Positions 40,042-50,020 of a DNA stretch of 64,000 nt are shown piece after piece. Source of the DNA: Methanobacteriota archaeon (GTDB taxonomy: Archaea; Thermoplasmatota; Thermoplasmata; SG8-5; JAGLSY01); assembly GCA_020696385.1 (NCBI GenBank), contig JAEHCQ010000006.1, forward strand, positions 96,001 through 160,000, in the 5' to 3' direction. The notes under the pieces were generated by a model, which ran no database searches, was not told the DNA's origin, and was given only the letters and a program-made list of their open reading frames with translations. Positions within the stretch are counted from its first letter, which is position 1; each line of letters begins with the position of its first letter. The position numbers were made by a program, and so were the translations under genes.

Positions 40042-40216
40042 CAATTCACCCATTATGCTCAGAGATGCTATATACATATATGCATGGCTAACATAGCTAA
40101 GCAACTTACTCAGATAAAGTTGGTTAAAGTATATATTATTTATGCGCGTGTGTTATATAATATTACGTTTTAGATCACAAGATCCTGCTCATTGTACGCA
40201 TCCCGTAATAATTTGA

Positions 40217-41230
40217 TCATATCAGATACATATCATCATCTATCTTGATGATCGTGGTCTCCTGACCTTCTGAAATATAATCCTGAGGCTTTTTTATCGT
40301 AATTGGCTTAAAAGTCACTGGATCCATGATCTGGATCTCTTTTTCCCCTTCATGAATTATGACTGCTTTGGAGATAGTATAACCTCCCATGTTCACAGTG
40401 AACTTATTGAACTCATCATATCTGATCTTCTTCTTTCCCCAGGTGTTCAGATCTTTTAAGAATGCAAAATTCTTCGATACAGAAGTAACAATATATGTAT
40501 CCTTTTTATCTGACACGATATCATCCTTTCTCATCTTCGGGAGCCTTAACGAGTAAGTATAACGGAATACATCCTTTCCATCATTTTGCCCGAATATTCT
40601 GGATGTCTCTGTGACCTTGCCCCCAAAACGGCTCTGAAGATCCCGCACCTGGGACTTTGATAATCCCGATGAGCCCATGTAATAATCTGTCCCGCCCTTT
40701 ACCTTTGATTCCTTTGTCAGAAAGGCCTGCCTATCTGATTTATTCTCATCAAGACTTTTATTGAGGAATCTGCTGATACCTTCCATATCTGAATCTGATG
40801 GATCTCTTCCATCACCTCTTATCTGGATGATGGCTTCAAAATATCCGCCTCTCTTTCTGCTACATACGTCACAGACCTGTTTCTTTGTTCTCAATTTGAA
40901 GCTCAATGGGATCTCAAGAAATAATTCCTCTATGTTTATCTCAACAGATAATTCGATCTGGAATTCATTCGTTCCCTCTGGGAATTCATCAAAATCTATG
41001 GACGGATCACTCACAAGTTTATCAAATTCCAGATTATTCTCTACTATTGTCTGCATCCCATCGAATGGCCTGACCCAGGACGAGCTTCCGATAAGGTAAT
41101 CTCCACATTCTGGACAAATAATGCGCTTGACATAAGGGGGAACCTTCACAAGCTCCCTGTCATCTATAAGGCATTTCTCGCAAAGATTTCCGTATGTTCT
41201 TTCATCAGAACCACATTTTATGCAATACAT
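40217..41230 (-). CDS. nmd3: NMD3-family ribosome biogenesis protein
   Basis: CIKCG..LCEKC, CPECG, CDVCSRKRGGYFEAIIQIR, GGTDYY and IQIMDP. Confidence 0.9.
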   Translation of the reverse strand: MYCIKCGSDERTYGNLCEKCLIDDRELVKVPPYVKRIICPECGDYLIGSSSWVRPFDGMQTIVENNLEFDKLVSDPSIDFDEFPEGTNEFQIELSVEINIEELFLEIPLSFKLRTKKQVCDVCSRKRGGYFEAIIQIRGDGRDPSDSDMEGISRFLNKSLDENKSDRQAFLTKESKVKGGTDYYMGSSGLSKSQVRDLQSRFGGKVTETSRIFGQNDGKDVFRYTYSLRLPKMRKDDIVSDKKDTYIVTSVSKNFAFLKDLNTWGKKKIRYDEFNKFTVNMGGYTISKAVIIHEGEKEIQIMDPVTFKPITIKKPQDYISEGQETTIIKIDDDMYLI

Positions 41231-41251
41231 ATCAAAACCTATCAATAACAC

Positions 41252-41551
41252 CTAACAGTAATATATCTGGACATGCGGAATGCCTGCTATCTCGATGACA
41301 GCATCTTCATCCACATACCCCAGCTTGATCCCCAGAGATATGGTCTCTTTTCCAAAGAGATTCATTGTCGATGCCTGAGAGAATAATACCTCCAGATCCT
41401 CTTCATCAACTGGCTGTATGCCATAAAACCCCTCCGATAATGATAATTTTAAATCTCCATCATTCAATGTGGTTCCGATCAGTTCCTGGTCACAAGCTGC
41501 GAGAAGAGCAGTACTATCTTGTCTGTGCATTCGTGCAGTTATCATAATCAC
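41252..41551 (-). CDS. DUF424 family protein
   Basis: LLAACDQELIG, GFYG, NLFG and IAGIPHVQ. Directly downstream of mcm. Confidence 0.88.
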   Translation of the reverse strand: MIMITARMHRQDSTALLAACDQELIGTTLNDGDLKLSLSEGFYGIQPVDEEDLEVLFSQASTMNLFGKETISLGIKLGYVDEDAVIEIAGIPHVQIYYC

Positions 41552-43686
41552 AACTCATGGACCAATCTATATAATGGCTTTCCATCGAACAATCCCGACT
41601 GATATAGCTCGCCACCTCGGCGCATCTTATCAAAGATCTTAGTTGCTTCAGAATCCATTATACCATGTTCGAATGCAGAATCCACAAAGTCCTTTTCACT
41701 GAAGCCATTTGCATCATCCTTCAGGAGCTCTGTTATTATCATTCGCACTTCTTTCATCTTGTCTCGCTGGGCTTTGGGATTTCCAGTATTGATCACATCC
41801 GTGTCCCAATTTTCGAATGAACCACGGCCAAGTACACGCCTGAAGAATTCCTGAGATATTCGTTTGGCCCTTTCTGCATCATCGATCGTCACTTCTTCGC
41901 TCATCCTTCCTCTTGCACTTGCCTCTGCCAATCTAACAAAAGCCTCCAATTGCCTGGCAGTTATCGGGACAGTTCCCTCCTCTCCCATTTTTCTGACCTC
42001 AAGGTAGTAATTCTTGAGGGTTTCCATCGCTGAATCCGTCATTACAGGGGATATTTTCTTTGCAACAAAAACGTATTTTCTCAGTATCTTCTGCTCGATC
42101 TGGGGTTTGTGTATGGCTCTAAGGTCATCCAGTTGTTTTGTTGTGCTAATTCCTGTCTCGCCCCCGGATGCTTCATTGCTCATTGTCATTTCACCTAAAA
42201 GGTGAGAACGAAGGATGTGGGAAGCTATCTTAGCATCATTCATTTGATCAGGTTTGTCAGATATAGGGAATATCATATCGAACCTGGACAATAATGTGGT
42301 CGGTATATTGATCTGAGAGAATATGTAATCATTCTGGTCGAACCTGCCTTCTTTAGGGTTTGCAGCTGCGAGGACCGAGCATCTTGATTGAAGTGTGGCT
42401 GTAATTCCAGCTTTGGCGATGGATATCGTCTGTTGTTCCATTGCTTCGTGCATACTGCTACTATCTTGCTTGCTCATCTTATCAAGTTCATCAACACAAG
42501 CGAGACCCTTATCTGCCAGCACAAGAGCTCCAGCCTCCAGGGTCCAACGTCCATCACCGCTCTCATCTTTTACCGCTGCAGCTGTCAACCCCGCACTTGT
42601 GGATGATTTTCCAGAAGCATAGATGCCTCTGGGTGTGATATTGGACATATAATTCAGCAATTGCGACTTTGCAGTTCCAGGATCTCCAACCAATAATATG
42701 TGTATATCTCCTCTTAACTTCGTCCCATCTGGCATCTTCTTACTGAGGCCACCAAACAATTGAAGGATAAGAGCCTCTTTCTCGACCTCCAATCCATATA
42801 TGGTGGGGGAAACAGATTGGACCAATTTCGCATAGATATCTGGATCTGAAGCAAGCCTCTGAATTTCTGCATGCTCTTCCTCAGATATCTCGATCTCATC
42901 GAACTCCGCCTCTATGACATCTATACTGTTGACATCCAGGTATATGTCAAAAGTGGTCATCTGATTCTGCCCCTTCCTCTGCATCCTTGTCTTGAGGATA
43001 CCATTGATTACGATCCTGTCGCCAGGATATGTCTCTCCAGTTAGATCATCCTCAACTATCGAAAATAGAAACTGTGCCAATGCGCCACCACGAAGTTTTT
43101 CGGGTCTTTCCTGTATCTCGATCTTCTGAGTATCTATGAATGTCGAGTCTGAAATATTAGGTATGAATCTTGTAGCTCCACGAGCTCTCCCACATCCCCC
43201 AATATCATTGGGGCATTCCATTGGTTCGTGTAGGATAGTATCCTCCTGATGAACTATCTGTTTTGTATGGCATCTTGCACATTCGAAAACAGCTCTCTGA
43301 ACTCTTGGTCTTACATCGGAAGCTCTCTTGACCACTCCCTCTATCGATAAAAAATTACCAAGATGTTTGCTCCTAATCTTTCGAACCTCTGTTCTGAGAT
43401 CCTTTGGGATATTCATTATTCTGAGCTTTAGTTCCACACCTTCTGAGGTTGGAGGTATGAACTCTTTTATGGCCTGTTCTCCAGATGATATTATCCTATT
43501 TGGGTCGGTCAATAGCGATATTGCCATCTCATTATCATATCTATCAATATCTTCAAACTTAACCTTGAGACTTTTTTCCTCTGGATAGATATCACTGAGG
43601 GATTTGATCTTAGGTACGTAGTTTGATTCTTCGAGGATCTCTCCCCATTTCTGAACCAGTGTTTCCTGGGTCTGTTCTGCGGCCAT
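41548..43686 (-). CDS. mcm: Replicative helicase MCM
   Basis: C4 zinc motif, IQERPE, GDPGTAKSQ, GLTAAAV, LEAGALVLAD, VDELDKM, SRFD and ITARQLE. No intein. Start at ATG 43686. Confidence 0.97.
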   Translation of the reverse strand: MAAEQTQETLVQKWGEILEESNYVPKIKSLSDIYPEEKSLKVKFEDIDRYDNEMAISLLTDPNRIISSGEQAIKEFIPPTSEGVELKLRIMNIPKDLRTEVRKIRSKHLGNFLSIEGVVKRASDVRPRVQRAVFECARCHTKQIVHQEDTILHEPMECPNDIGGCGRARGATRFIPNISDSTFIDTQKIEIQERPEKLRGGALAQFLFSIVEDDLTGETYPGDRIVINGILKTRMQRKGQNQMTTFDIYLDVNSIDVIEAEFDEIEISEEEHAEIQRLASDPDIYAKLVQSVSPTIYGLEVEKEALILQLFGGLSKKMPDGTKLRGDIHILLVGDPGTAKSQLLNYMSNITPRGIYASGKSSTSAGLTAAAVKDESGDGRWTLEAGALVLADKGLACVDELDKMSKQDSSSMHEAMEQQTISIAKAGITATLQSRCSVLAAANPKEGRFDQNDYIFSQINIPTTLLSRFDMIFPISDKPDQMNDAKIASHILRSHLLGEMTMSNEASGGETGISTTKQLDDLRAIHKPQIEQKILRKYVFVAKKISPVMTDSAMETLKNYYLEVRKMGEEGTVPITARQLEAFVRLAEASARGRMSEEVTIDDAERAKRISQEFFRRVLGRGSFENWDTDVINTGNPKAQRDKMKEVRMIITELLKDDANGFSEKDFVDSAFEHGIMDSEATKIFDKMRRGGELYQSGLFDGKPLYRLVHEL

Positions 43687-43864
43687 GCTACTAACTCCCC
43701 CTTTTAAAGGACTGGACACGAGAATATCCGTGGCCATCTGCCCAAATCAAGGTAACCACTTGGTAAATCATAAGTGGTATAAATAATCCATTAATATTTT
43801 TCATTTAAGTCATCTGGATCGGGTAATTAAAATATTTTAGCTTTCTCACTTAGTGTGATAAAAA

Positions 43865-45652
43865 CTACTCGACTGTAACGCTCTTCGCCAGATGCCTTGG
43901 TTTGTCTATTTCGCAATTCCTTGCATCCGCGACATAGTAAGACAGCAACTGCATGACCACACTTGTCAATACTGGTGTGAAAAGATAATGCACATCCGGT
44001 ATAGGAATGACCTCATCAACATACCGCTTCAGCTCCTTATCGCTCTGATTGCCGATACCAACAACTGGAGAACCTCTTGCAGCCACTTCCCCTATATTTC
44101 CAAGCATTTTCTCATAAGTGTAATCCTTGACAGCGACCGCGATCACAGGGGTTTTCTCGGTTATAAGGGCGAGAGGCCCGTGCTTCAATTCACCACCAGG
44201 GTATCCTTCTGCATGGATGTAGGATATCTCCTTCATCTTCAATGCCCCTTCCAATGCAACAGGATAATTTATGTTGCGGCCGAGGAAGAACATGCTCTGT
44301 GAATCCGCGATCTTCTCAGCGATCCTTTTGATGTTATCTGCATTGTTGAGGATGGTCTTAACTTGCTTTGGCAGATCTCTCAATCTATTGATCATCCGCC
44401 TTGCTCTGTCCGGGCTGAGCGAACCATTTGCCCGGCCGAACCTTATTCCAAGTATGTACATGGCGATTATCTGTGTGATGTAGGTCTTTGTAGCCGCAAC
44501 ACCTATTTCCAGATCCGCCCTTGTGTAAAATGTCTCATCAGTTTCTCTTGTCAAAGTACTGCCCACGATATTCACGATGCTCATGGTCCTGAGACCGCGT
44601 CTTCTCGCCAATCTTACCGCGGTCATTGTGTCAAGTGTCTCACCACTTTGACTTATCGCGATTACCAATGGCCTTTCACCTGCATCTGCCAGGAATCTGT
44701 ACTCAGATGCTAGCTCAACAGTTACAGGGATCTTCGCAAGATTCTCGATAATATGTTTGCCCACAAATCCTGCATGGTATGATGTGCCGCAGGCGATTAT
44801 CTTGATATTGGAAATATGATTGCTATTGGCGTAGCTGTCGAAGTTCAACACTTCTCCCAAAAGCGTATTATGAATTGCTTTTGGTTGTTCGAATATCTCC
44901 TTCAACATGAAATGCTCATATCCCCCTTTCTCGGCTCCATCAAGGGTCATGTCAACCTTTTGCCAATCCCTTTCTACCGGATCTCCATCAAAGGTTTGGA
45001 TCTCAACACCTTTGCTCGTGATGGCGACGATCTCCTCGTCAAGAAGATAGATCATTTTGTTAGTATATTCGAGAACCGCGGGTACATCCGACGCTATGAA
45101 ATTTTCATTATGTCCTACACCGACGATCAATGGACTTATCATCCTTGCTCCGACAACTTTATCTTTTTCGAAAGTTGTTATTGCAACAATTGCATAACTT
45201 CCTCGCAATCTTTTGACCACTTTTTTCATGGCATCTTCGAGATTATCCTCATAATAATTTTCCAAAAGATGCACGATGACTTCTGTGTCAGTTTCGGATG
45301 AGAAGATATGCCCTTCTTTCATTAGCTCGTCCTTTAATTCATTGAAATTATCGATGATACCATTGTGCACAATTGCAAATTTTCCTTTGCAACCCTTGAA
45401 CGGATGTGAATTATTTTTGATGGGCTTACCATGTGTTGCCCATCGAGTATGTCCGATACCTTGTGTACCTTTAAAATCTGGTGTGATATTGATAAGATGA
45501 TCGATGTCTCCCTTGTCCTTGAAGACATTTAGCTCATCATTGATGACAGCGATACCTGCGGAATCATAACCTCTGTATTCGAGTCGCTTTAGGGCATTCA
45601 ATAAGATGTCCTTTGCCGCTTTTGGCCCGGTATATCCAATTATTCCACACAT
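43865..45652 (-). CDS. glmS: Glutamine--fructose-6-phosphate transaminase
   Basis: MCGIIG, LEYRGYDSAG, GHTRWATHG, SQSGET, EGALKMKE and DKPRHLAKSVTVE. Confidence 0.98.
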   Translation of the reverse strand: MCGIIGYTGPKAAKDILLNALKRLEYRGYDSAGIAVINDELNVFKDKGDIDHLINITPDFKGTQGIGHTRWATHGKPIKNNSHPFKGCKGKFAIVHNGIIDNFNELKDELMKEGHIFSSETDTEVIVHLLENYYEDNLEDAMKKVVKRLRGSYAIVAITTFEKDKVVGARMISPLIVGVGHNENFIASDVPAVLEYTNKMIYLLDEEIVAITSKGVEIQTFDGDPVERDWQKVDMTLDGAEKGGYEHFMLKEIFEQPKAIHNTLLGEVLNFDSYANSNHISNIKIIACGTSYHAGFVGKHIIENLAKIPVTVELASEYRFLADAGERPLVIAISQSGETLDTMTAVRLARRRGLRTMSIVNIVGSTLTRETDETFYTRADLEIGVAATKTYITQIIAMYILGIRFGRANGSLSPDRARRMINRLRDLPKQVKTILNNADNIKRIAEKIADSQSMFFLGRNINYPVALEGALKMKEISYIHAEGYPGGELKHGPLALITEKTPVIAVAVKDYTYEKMLGNIGEVAARGSPVVGIGNQSDKELKRYVDEVIPIPDVHYLFTPVLTSVVMQLLSYYVADARNCEIDKPRHLAKSVTVE

Positions 45653-45670
45653 ATAATATCTCTTTATTAA

Positions 45671-46870
45671 TCAGATAACTGAGGAGTTGTCAGGTATCTC
45701 CTTTGATATTATCTTTTGTGATGAAATATCACAATTGGAACCTATAATTGTTCCACCGATAACACTGACTTGATCTCCGATCATTGTCCTCTCACCGATC
45801 AAAGCACCGATGTGTTCTACTTTATGAAGTTCATTATCCATTTCAATGTTTCCCGATCTTGATGTCGAACAAAATTGTGGTCCTATCTCTACCCCATCTC
45901 CAATTACGGAATTAGAAATATGACATGTTGCACCGATCCTCACGTCACTCATGATCACACTGTGCTCTATGACGGAGTTAGGTCCTATCCTAACATTATT
46001 GCCGATACTTGTTGATGGATAAATTGTAACATTTGGTCCGATTTCACAACCCTCCCCGATCTTTGTTGGTCCAACAATGTAAGCACCAGATCGGATTATG
46101 GTTCCTTTTCCTATCGAGACAGATCCTTTCAATGTAACATTCCTTTCGATCCTTCCCGATGTATGAGATTCATTATTGTTCAATGCCATAGAATTGACAT
46201 TTATGATGTCCCACGGATAAACGATATCTTGCCATGTTCCCTTTGTGGTGACAGCGATGATCTTTTTCTTCGCAAGGATGGATTGTAGAACACTTGTCAT
46301 GTCATAACGACCATCTTTCATGACCTTCTCAATATCATCAAATATGCTGACAGGCAATTTGTATATTCCCGTGCTGATGAGATTGCTTATCTCCTCTTCG
46401 GGTTTTTCAATTATATTGCGAACAACATTACTCGACAGTTCTACTACACCATATTTGGAAGGTATGTCGCTCTGCACTATCACTACCTTATGCTTTTGAT
46501 TTCCTTTTATCGCATCCGATACGGTCTGAGCATCTATCAGGTTATCCCCTGGTAGGAGAATGAAATCATCCTTGATCTTATTCTTCGCCATGCTCAATGC
46601 ATAGGCAGTGCCGATCTTGCCCACTCGTCTTTTCTGAACTATATAAGATATTTTCACATCAAAGTCCTTGCCATCCTCAAAATAGCTCATTATACGTTCC
46701 TTATGATAACCCACAACAATGACAATATCCCTTATCTTGTTCTGGGCCAGGGCTTTGATCACATATTCCAGTATCGGGCGGTTGGAAATGGGCAACATTC
46801 CTTTTGGCTCAGAATTCGTAAAAGGTCTGAGCCTTGTTCCCTCTCCAGCAGCAAGTATCACGGCTTTCAT
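45671..46870 (-). CDS. glmU: Archaeal bifunctional sugar-1-phosphate nucleotidyltransferase/acetyltransferase (GlmU-like)
   Basis: AVILAAGEGTRLRPFT..PK, YGVV, EKP, WQDIVYPWD and C-terminal hexapeptide repeats. Adjacent to glmS. Confidence 0.85.
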   Translation of the reverse strand: MKAVILAAGEGTRLRPFTNSEPKGMLPISNRPILEYVIKALAQNKIRDIVIVVGYHKERIMSYFEDGKDFDVKISYIVQKRRVGKIGTAYALSMAKNKIKDDFILLPGDNLIDAQTVSDAIKGNQKHKVVIVQSDIPSKYGVVELSSNVVRNIIEKPEEEISNLISTGIYKLPVSIFDDIEKVMKDGRYDMTSVLQSILAKKKIIAVTTKGTWQDIVYPWDIINVNSMALNNNESHTSGRIERNVTLKGSVSIGKGTIIRSGAYIVGPTKIGEGCEIGPNVTIYPSTSIGNNVRIGPNSVIEHSVIMSDVRIGATCHISNSVIGDGVEIGPQFCSTSRSGNIEMDNELHKVEHIGALIGERTMIGDQVSVIGGTIIGSNCDISSQKIISKEIPDNSSVI

Positions 46871-46980
46871 ATACTCACATACCTCCTTAGGTCTGCTATT
46901 TTATAAAGGTTTGGTTTGATTTCATTTGATAAATGGGGTGTGGATGTGTGTAGTGTTCATTTGTTAGATCGTTGGAGAAT

Positions 46981-47152
46981 AAGGACCTCGCCCATCGTTG
47001 AACTCTTGGCGGGGTTTGATTAAAACCACTCGCTTTGAACACGAGTGGTTTAATTATTTACTGAGATATTGCTGTCACTCACTGAGAAATCAAATATAGT
47101 ACCCCGGCCCTGCGTCACTCGGGACGGGGCATGTTCGCATAATCATTGCTCT
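46981..47152 (-). repeat. Structured intergenic element, family AB, copy B
   Basis: The reverse complement carries the same ordered blocks as 18452-18606, with an extra palindrome AAACCACTCG..CGAGTGGTTT (about 47020-47053). Confidence 0.7.
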
Positions 47153-47171
47153 GCTAACACATTGAATTCGA

Positions 47172-48251
47172 TTATTCAAGTGCCTCGTCAAGAAGTTCCC
47201 AAAGACTCATCACCTTAACTCTCTTTTTATATTCTTTACGGGCAAGCATTGATCCTGTTAGGAGTGTGGATTCACAGGTCGGACAAACTGTAACAAGAAC
47301 ATCAACACCAGTGTCTATGGCCTGCTTCATTCTCTGCTTCGACATGTCTTCCACAAGCTCTGGATCTGTGATCAGCATACCACCACCGGCTCCACAACAC
47401 ATGCTGAACTCCTTATTGTTCTCCATTTCATGGACACGCACTCCCATGGCCTCAAGTATCTCTCGGGGTTCTTCAATGACACCGAGCTTCCGTCCAAGAT
47501 CGCATGGATCATGATATGTTGCATCCATGTCCAAGTTCTTTAGCTTGACCTTTCCTGACATTATCAGCTCATGAACTCGCTTGACCACGTGGGTGGAATT
47601 AAGGTCCATCTCTTCCTGTGTGAACATAGTACATGACGGACAGAGAGTGATGAAATCATCATGCGGATATGCTTCTTTGAATTTACTTACTATTTCGGGC
47701 ATTTCATCTTCATAGCCAAGAACATGAGCGATGTAACCACAACATGATTCATCATCTGTTATCTTGGCCTTTATTCCCATCTTATCGAGAACTTTTATGA
47801 TGAGTTTAACTTCATTCTTATTGCCCTTGTACTGACAACCAAGATAAACAGGAACCTCACCATCAGCAGTTTCCTCAAATATCTTGCTTGTTTCAATACT
47901 TCTACCAAAGACATCACCTGTTCTCTTGATGCTTTCAATAGCCAGATCATATTCAGGTCTTATCAATCCTTCTTTAACAAGTTTTCTTCTCAGTTCAATG
48001 AACCTTTCTGTGTTCGGCAGGGCGCAATGAGCATCGCAAGCACCGCAAAGCGTGCAAGTAAAGGCTACTTCGGCCAATGCCATGCTTGCATCATAATGGC
48101 CATCTATCAATCCGAGCATGGCTCTGTTCTTTCCCTTGCTCGTGTATGTCTTTATCCTCAATATCTTGTAAACTGGACAATTCCTTTCGCAGAAATTACA
48201 TGAGGTTCCGAAACATGTCTCTATATCATCCCTATGTTCTTCAATGGACAT
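47172..48251 (-). CDS. Fe-S oxidoreductase with CCG domains (GlpC/GlcF/HdrD-like)
   Basis: CNFCERNCP, CTLCGACDAHC, YLGC, CCG, CPSC, YHDPCDLGR, CCGAGGG and CPTC. Start at ATG 48251. Confidence 0.9.
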   Translation of the reverse strand: MSIEEHRDDIETCFGTSCNFCERNCPVYKILRIKTYTSKGKNRAMLGLIDGHYDASMALAEVAFTCTLCGACDAHCALPNTERFIELRRKLVKEGLIRPEYDLAIESIKRTGDVFGRSIETSKIFEETADGEVPVYLGCQYKGNKNEVKLIIKVLDKMGIKAKITDDESCCGYIAHVLGYEDEMPEIVSKFKEAYPHDDFITLCPSCTMFTQEEMDLNSTHVVKRVHELIMSGKVKLKNLDMDATYHDPCDLGRKLGVIEEPREILEAMGVRVHEMENNKEFSMCCGAGGGMLITDPELVEDMSKQRMKQAIDTGVDVLVTVCPTCESTLLTGSMLARKEYKKRVKVMSLWELLDEALE

Positions 48252-48253
48252 GT

Positions 48254-49711
48254 TCACTCCTCCTTTTCCAGTACTTTTTCCCTGGTGAACTTCTTTCCGG
48301 GATTCATGATGCATTTTGGATCGAATATACGTTTAATTTCCAGCATGTATTGTGCTCCGGCACCATGCTCGTATTCGAAATAGGGAACCTTGAGGTCTGT
48401 ATCCGACATATAGGTGGACATTGTACCTTCAAGATCGACAGCTCTCTTTGACATTTCCTCAAAGTACTTGCGGAAGCGATCAACTTCATCCTGATCGCGA
48501 TAGTTCACGAACAATGCGCATGAAAGTGAGAATCCTATACTTCCAGGATGTTCAAGATATGCATTCATTCCGAGTATGTCTAGCTCATACTTTTCTGCGG
48601 TCTCGATAAATATATCATAATATTCTTCCAATCGCCCCATGGGTATTCCAGGATCTGCAGCTCCGAACTTTTTCACCTTTTGGGATGCTGGCCATTTCTG
48701 TTTGAAGGCAGGGAAATCAAGTGTGTGCTTGCTTATCCACCAATTGTCTATTATCTCCCTTTCCTGGATCAATTGTCCACCCATCTCATCCGCCATGGCA
48801 TAGGCTTTCTTCAATGAGAAATCAACGACATCCTTATCGCCTGCAAATATTATTGCCAACAATGATCCGGCCCAATCGGGTATCTTTGGATCATGGCCAT
48901 GTTTTTCCTTGTAAGCATGGGTGTAAAACTTCAATCTTCTTTTACAATTTATGTGGGCTCCTTCAGGAACCAATCCCATGCGCAAAAGGTTGTCAAGGTA
49001 ATCAACAGCCTTGCTCATTGAATCGAATATTATCATATCCACATGCCTGTGTTCTGGTACAGGCTCGAGTTTGACAGTTGCGCCAGTGATCACTCCAAGT
49101 GTACCTTCACTGCCAATAATTAAATCCTTAAGCTTGTATCCTGAGGCTGAAAACCGGGCTTTTCTGTGTCCTGCTTCAATAACCTCACCTCTACCGGTCA
49201 CCATTTCAATAGAAAGAACCTGATTGAGGGGTTTTCCATATTTCATTCCAAAAGTTGAATCATTATCGCAGGCTATTGCAGATGCGATGGTGCAACTCCA
49301 CTTGCTCTCTGGAAGTATGGGAAACCAGAGACCGTGAGACTTTCCAGCATCCACCAGTTCCTGGAGAGTGGCTCCCGATTGTGTGCGAATTGTTTGATTC
49401 TCCACATCAACCTCCACTATCTTGTTCATGCAAGCTCCGTCGATGTATATTCCACCATGGATGGGGACTGCTCCACCAGCCATACCAGTCAATCCACCGC
49501 CTGCCGTGACAGGTATACCATACTTGTATGCGATCTTGACAGTCTCGACAACATCTTCTGTGCTTCGTGGACATATCACAACATCTGGTGGCATTATCTC
49601 TTTTTGCGTTCGGGGTGACCAATCCGCCCCGAATATGAATCTTTCAAAATCCTCTGTCAGAACCTTGTCTCCAAGTGCAGCTTTCAGCTCCTCAATATAC
49701 TCCATGGTCAT
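48254..49711 (-). CDS. FAD-binding oxidoreductase (GlcD / D-lactate dehydrogenase family)
   Basis: PDVVICPRSTEDV, GGGLTGMAGGA, IIGSEGTLGVIT and IKRIFDPKCIMNPGK. Confidence 0.9.
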   Translation of the reverse strand: MTMEYIEELKAALGDKVLTEDFERFIFGADWSPRTQKEIMPPDVVICPRSTEDVVETVKIAYKYGIPVTAGGGLTGMAGGAVPIHGGIYIDGACMNKIVEVDVENQTIRTQSGATLQELVDAGKSHGLWFPILPESKWSCTIASAIACDNDSTFGMKYGKPLNQVLSIEMVTGRGEVIEAGHRKARFSASGYKLKDLIIGSEGTLGVITGATVKLEPVPEHRHVDMIIFDSMSKAVDYLDNLLRMGLVPEGAHINCKRRLKFYTHAYKEKHGHDPKIPDWAGSLLAIIFAGDKDVVDFSLKKAYAMADEMGGQLIQEREIIDNWWISKHTLDFPAFKQKWPASQKVKKFGAADPGIPMGRLEEYYDIFIETAEKYELDILGMNAYLEHPGSIGFSLSCALFVNYRDQDEVDRFRKYFEEMSKRAVDLEGTMSTYMSDTDLKVPYFEYEHGAGAQYMLEIKRIFDPKCIMNPGKKFTREKVLEKEE

Positions 49712-49979
49712 TGCCTCGAAGGGACATATATTTCATGATGATAAAGATATTGGATTTTTCTCTTGTATTATTAACTATATATAACAATAGTCTAACACAC
49801 TATACTAATTAAAAAAATGATAAATATAGATATTATCCGCTTATTTTCTTAAACCTGAAAACGTTTTGATTCTATCGAGATCGACTTCACTATCCATTAA
49901 TGCATGATCTTACTTCGTAGATCATAAAAAGACCGCAAAACCTTCGGTTATGCAGTTAAAAATATAAAAAGTTAAAAGG

Positions 49980-50001
49980 GAGAGAGCCCGAAGGCTCTCT
50001 C
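49980..50001 (-). terminator. Terminator hairpin of the large subtilase gene
   Basis: GAGAGAGCC-CGAA-GGCTCTCTC, a cUUCGg loop on the minus strand followed by a T-rich tract. Confidence 0.8.
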
Positions 50002-50020
50002 ATTTTGCTTAGGTTCTTGC

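Noticed and set aside
41548-43686. Inteins in MCM (RtcB also checked)
   Set aside because: Lengths and motif spacing are normal and no intein junction motifs are present.
46871-47171. glmS ribozyme upstream of glmU-glmS
   Set aside because: No glmS ribozyme core is recognisable, and the structured element here has a homolog after phoU, unrelated to glmS.
49904-49952. Two small hairpins upstream of the FAD oxidoreductase
   Set aside because: Short imperfect stems in AT-rich sequence with no second copy; too weak to call.
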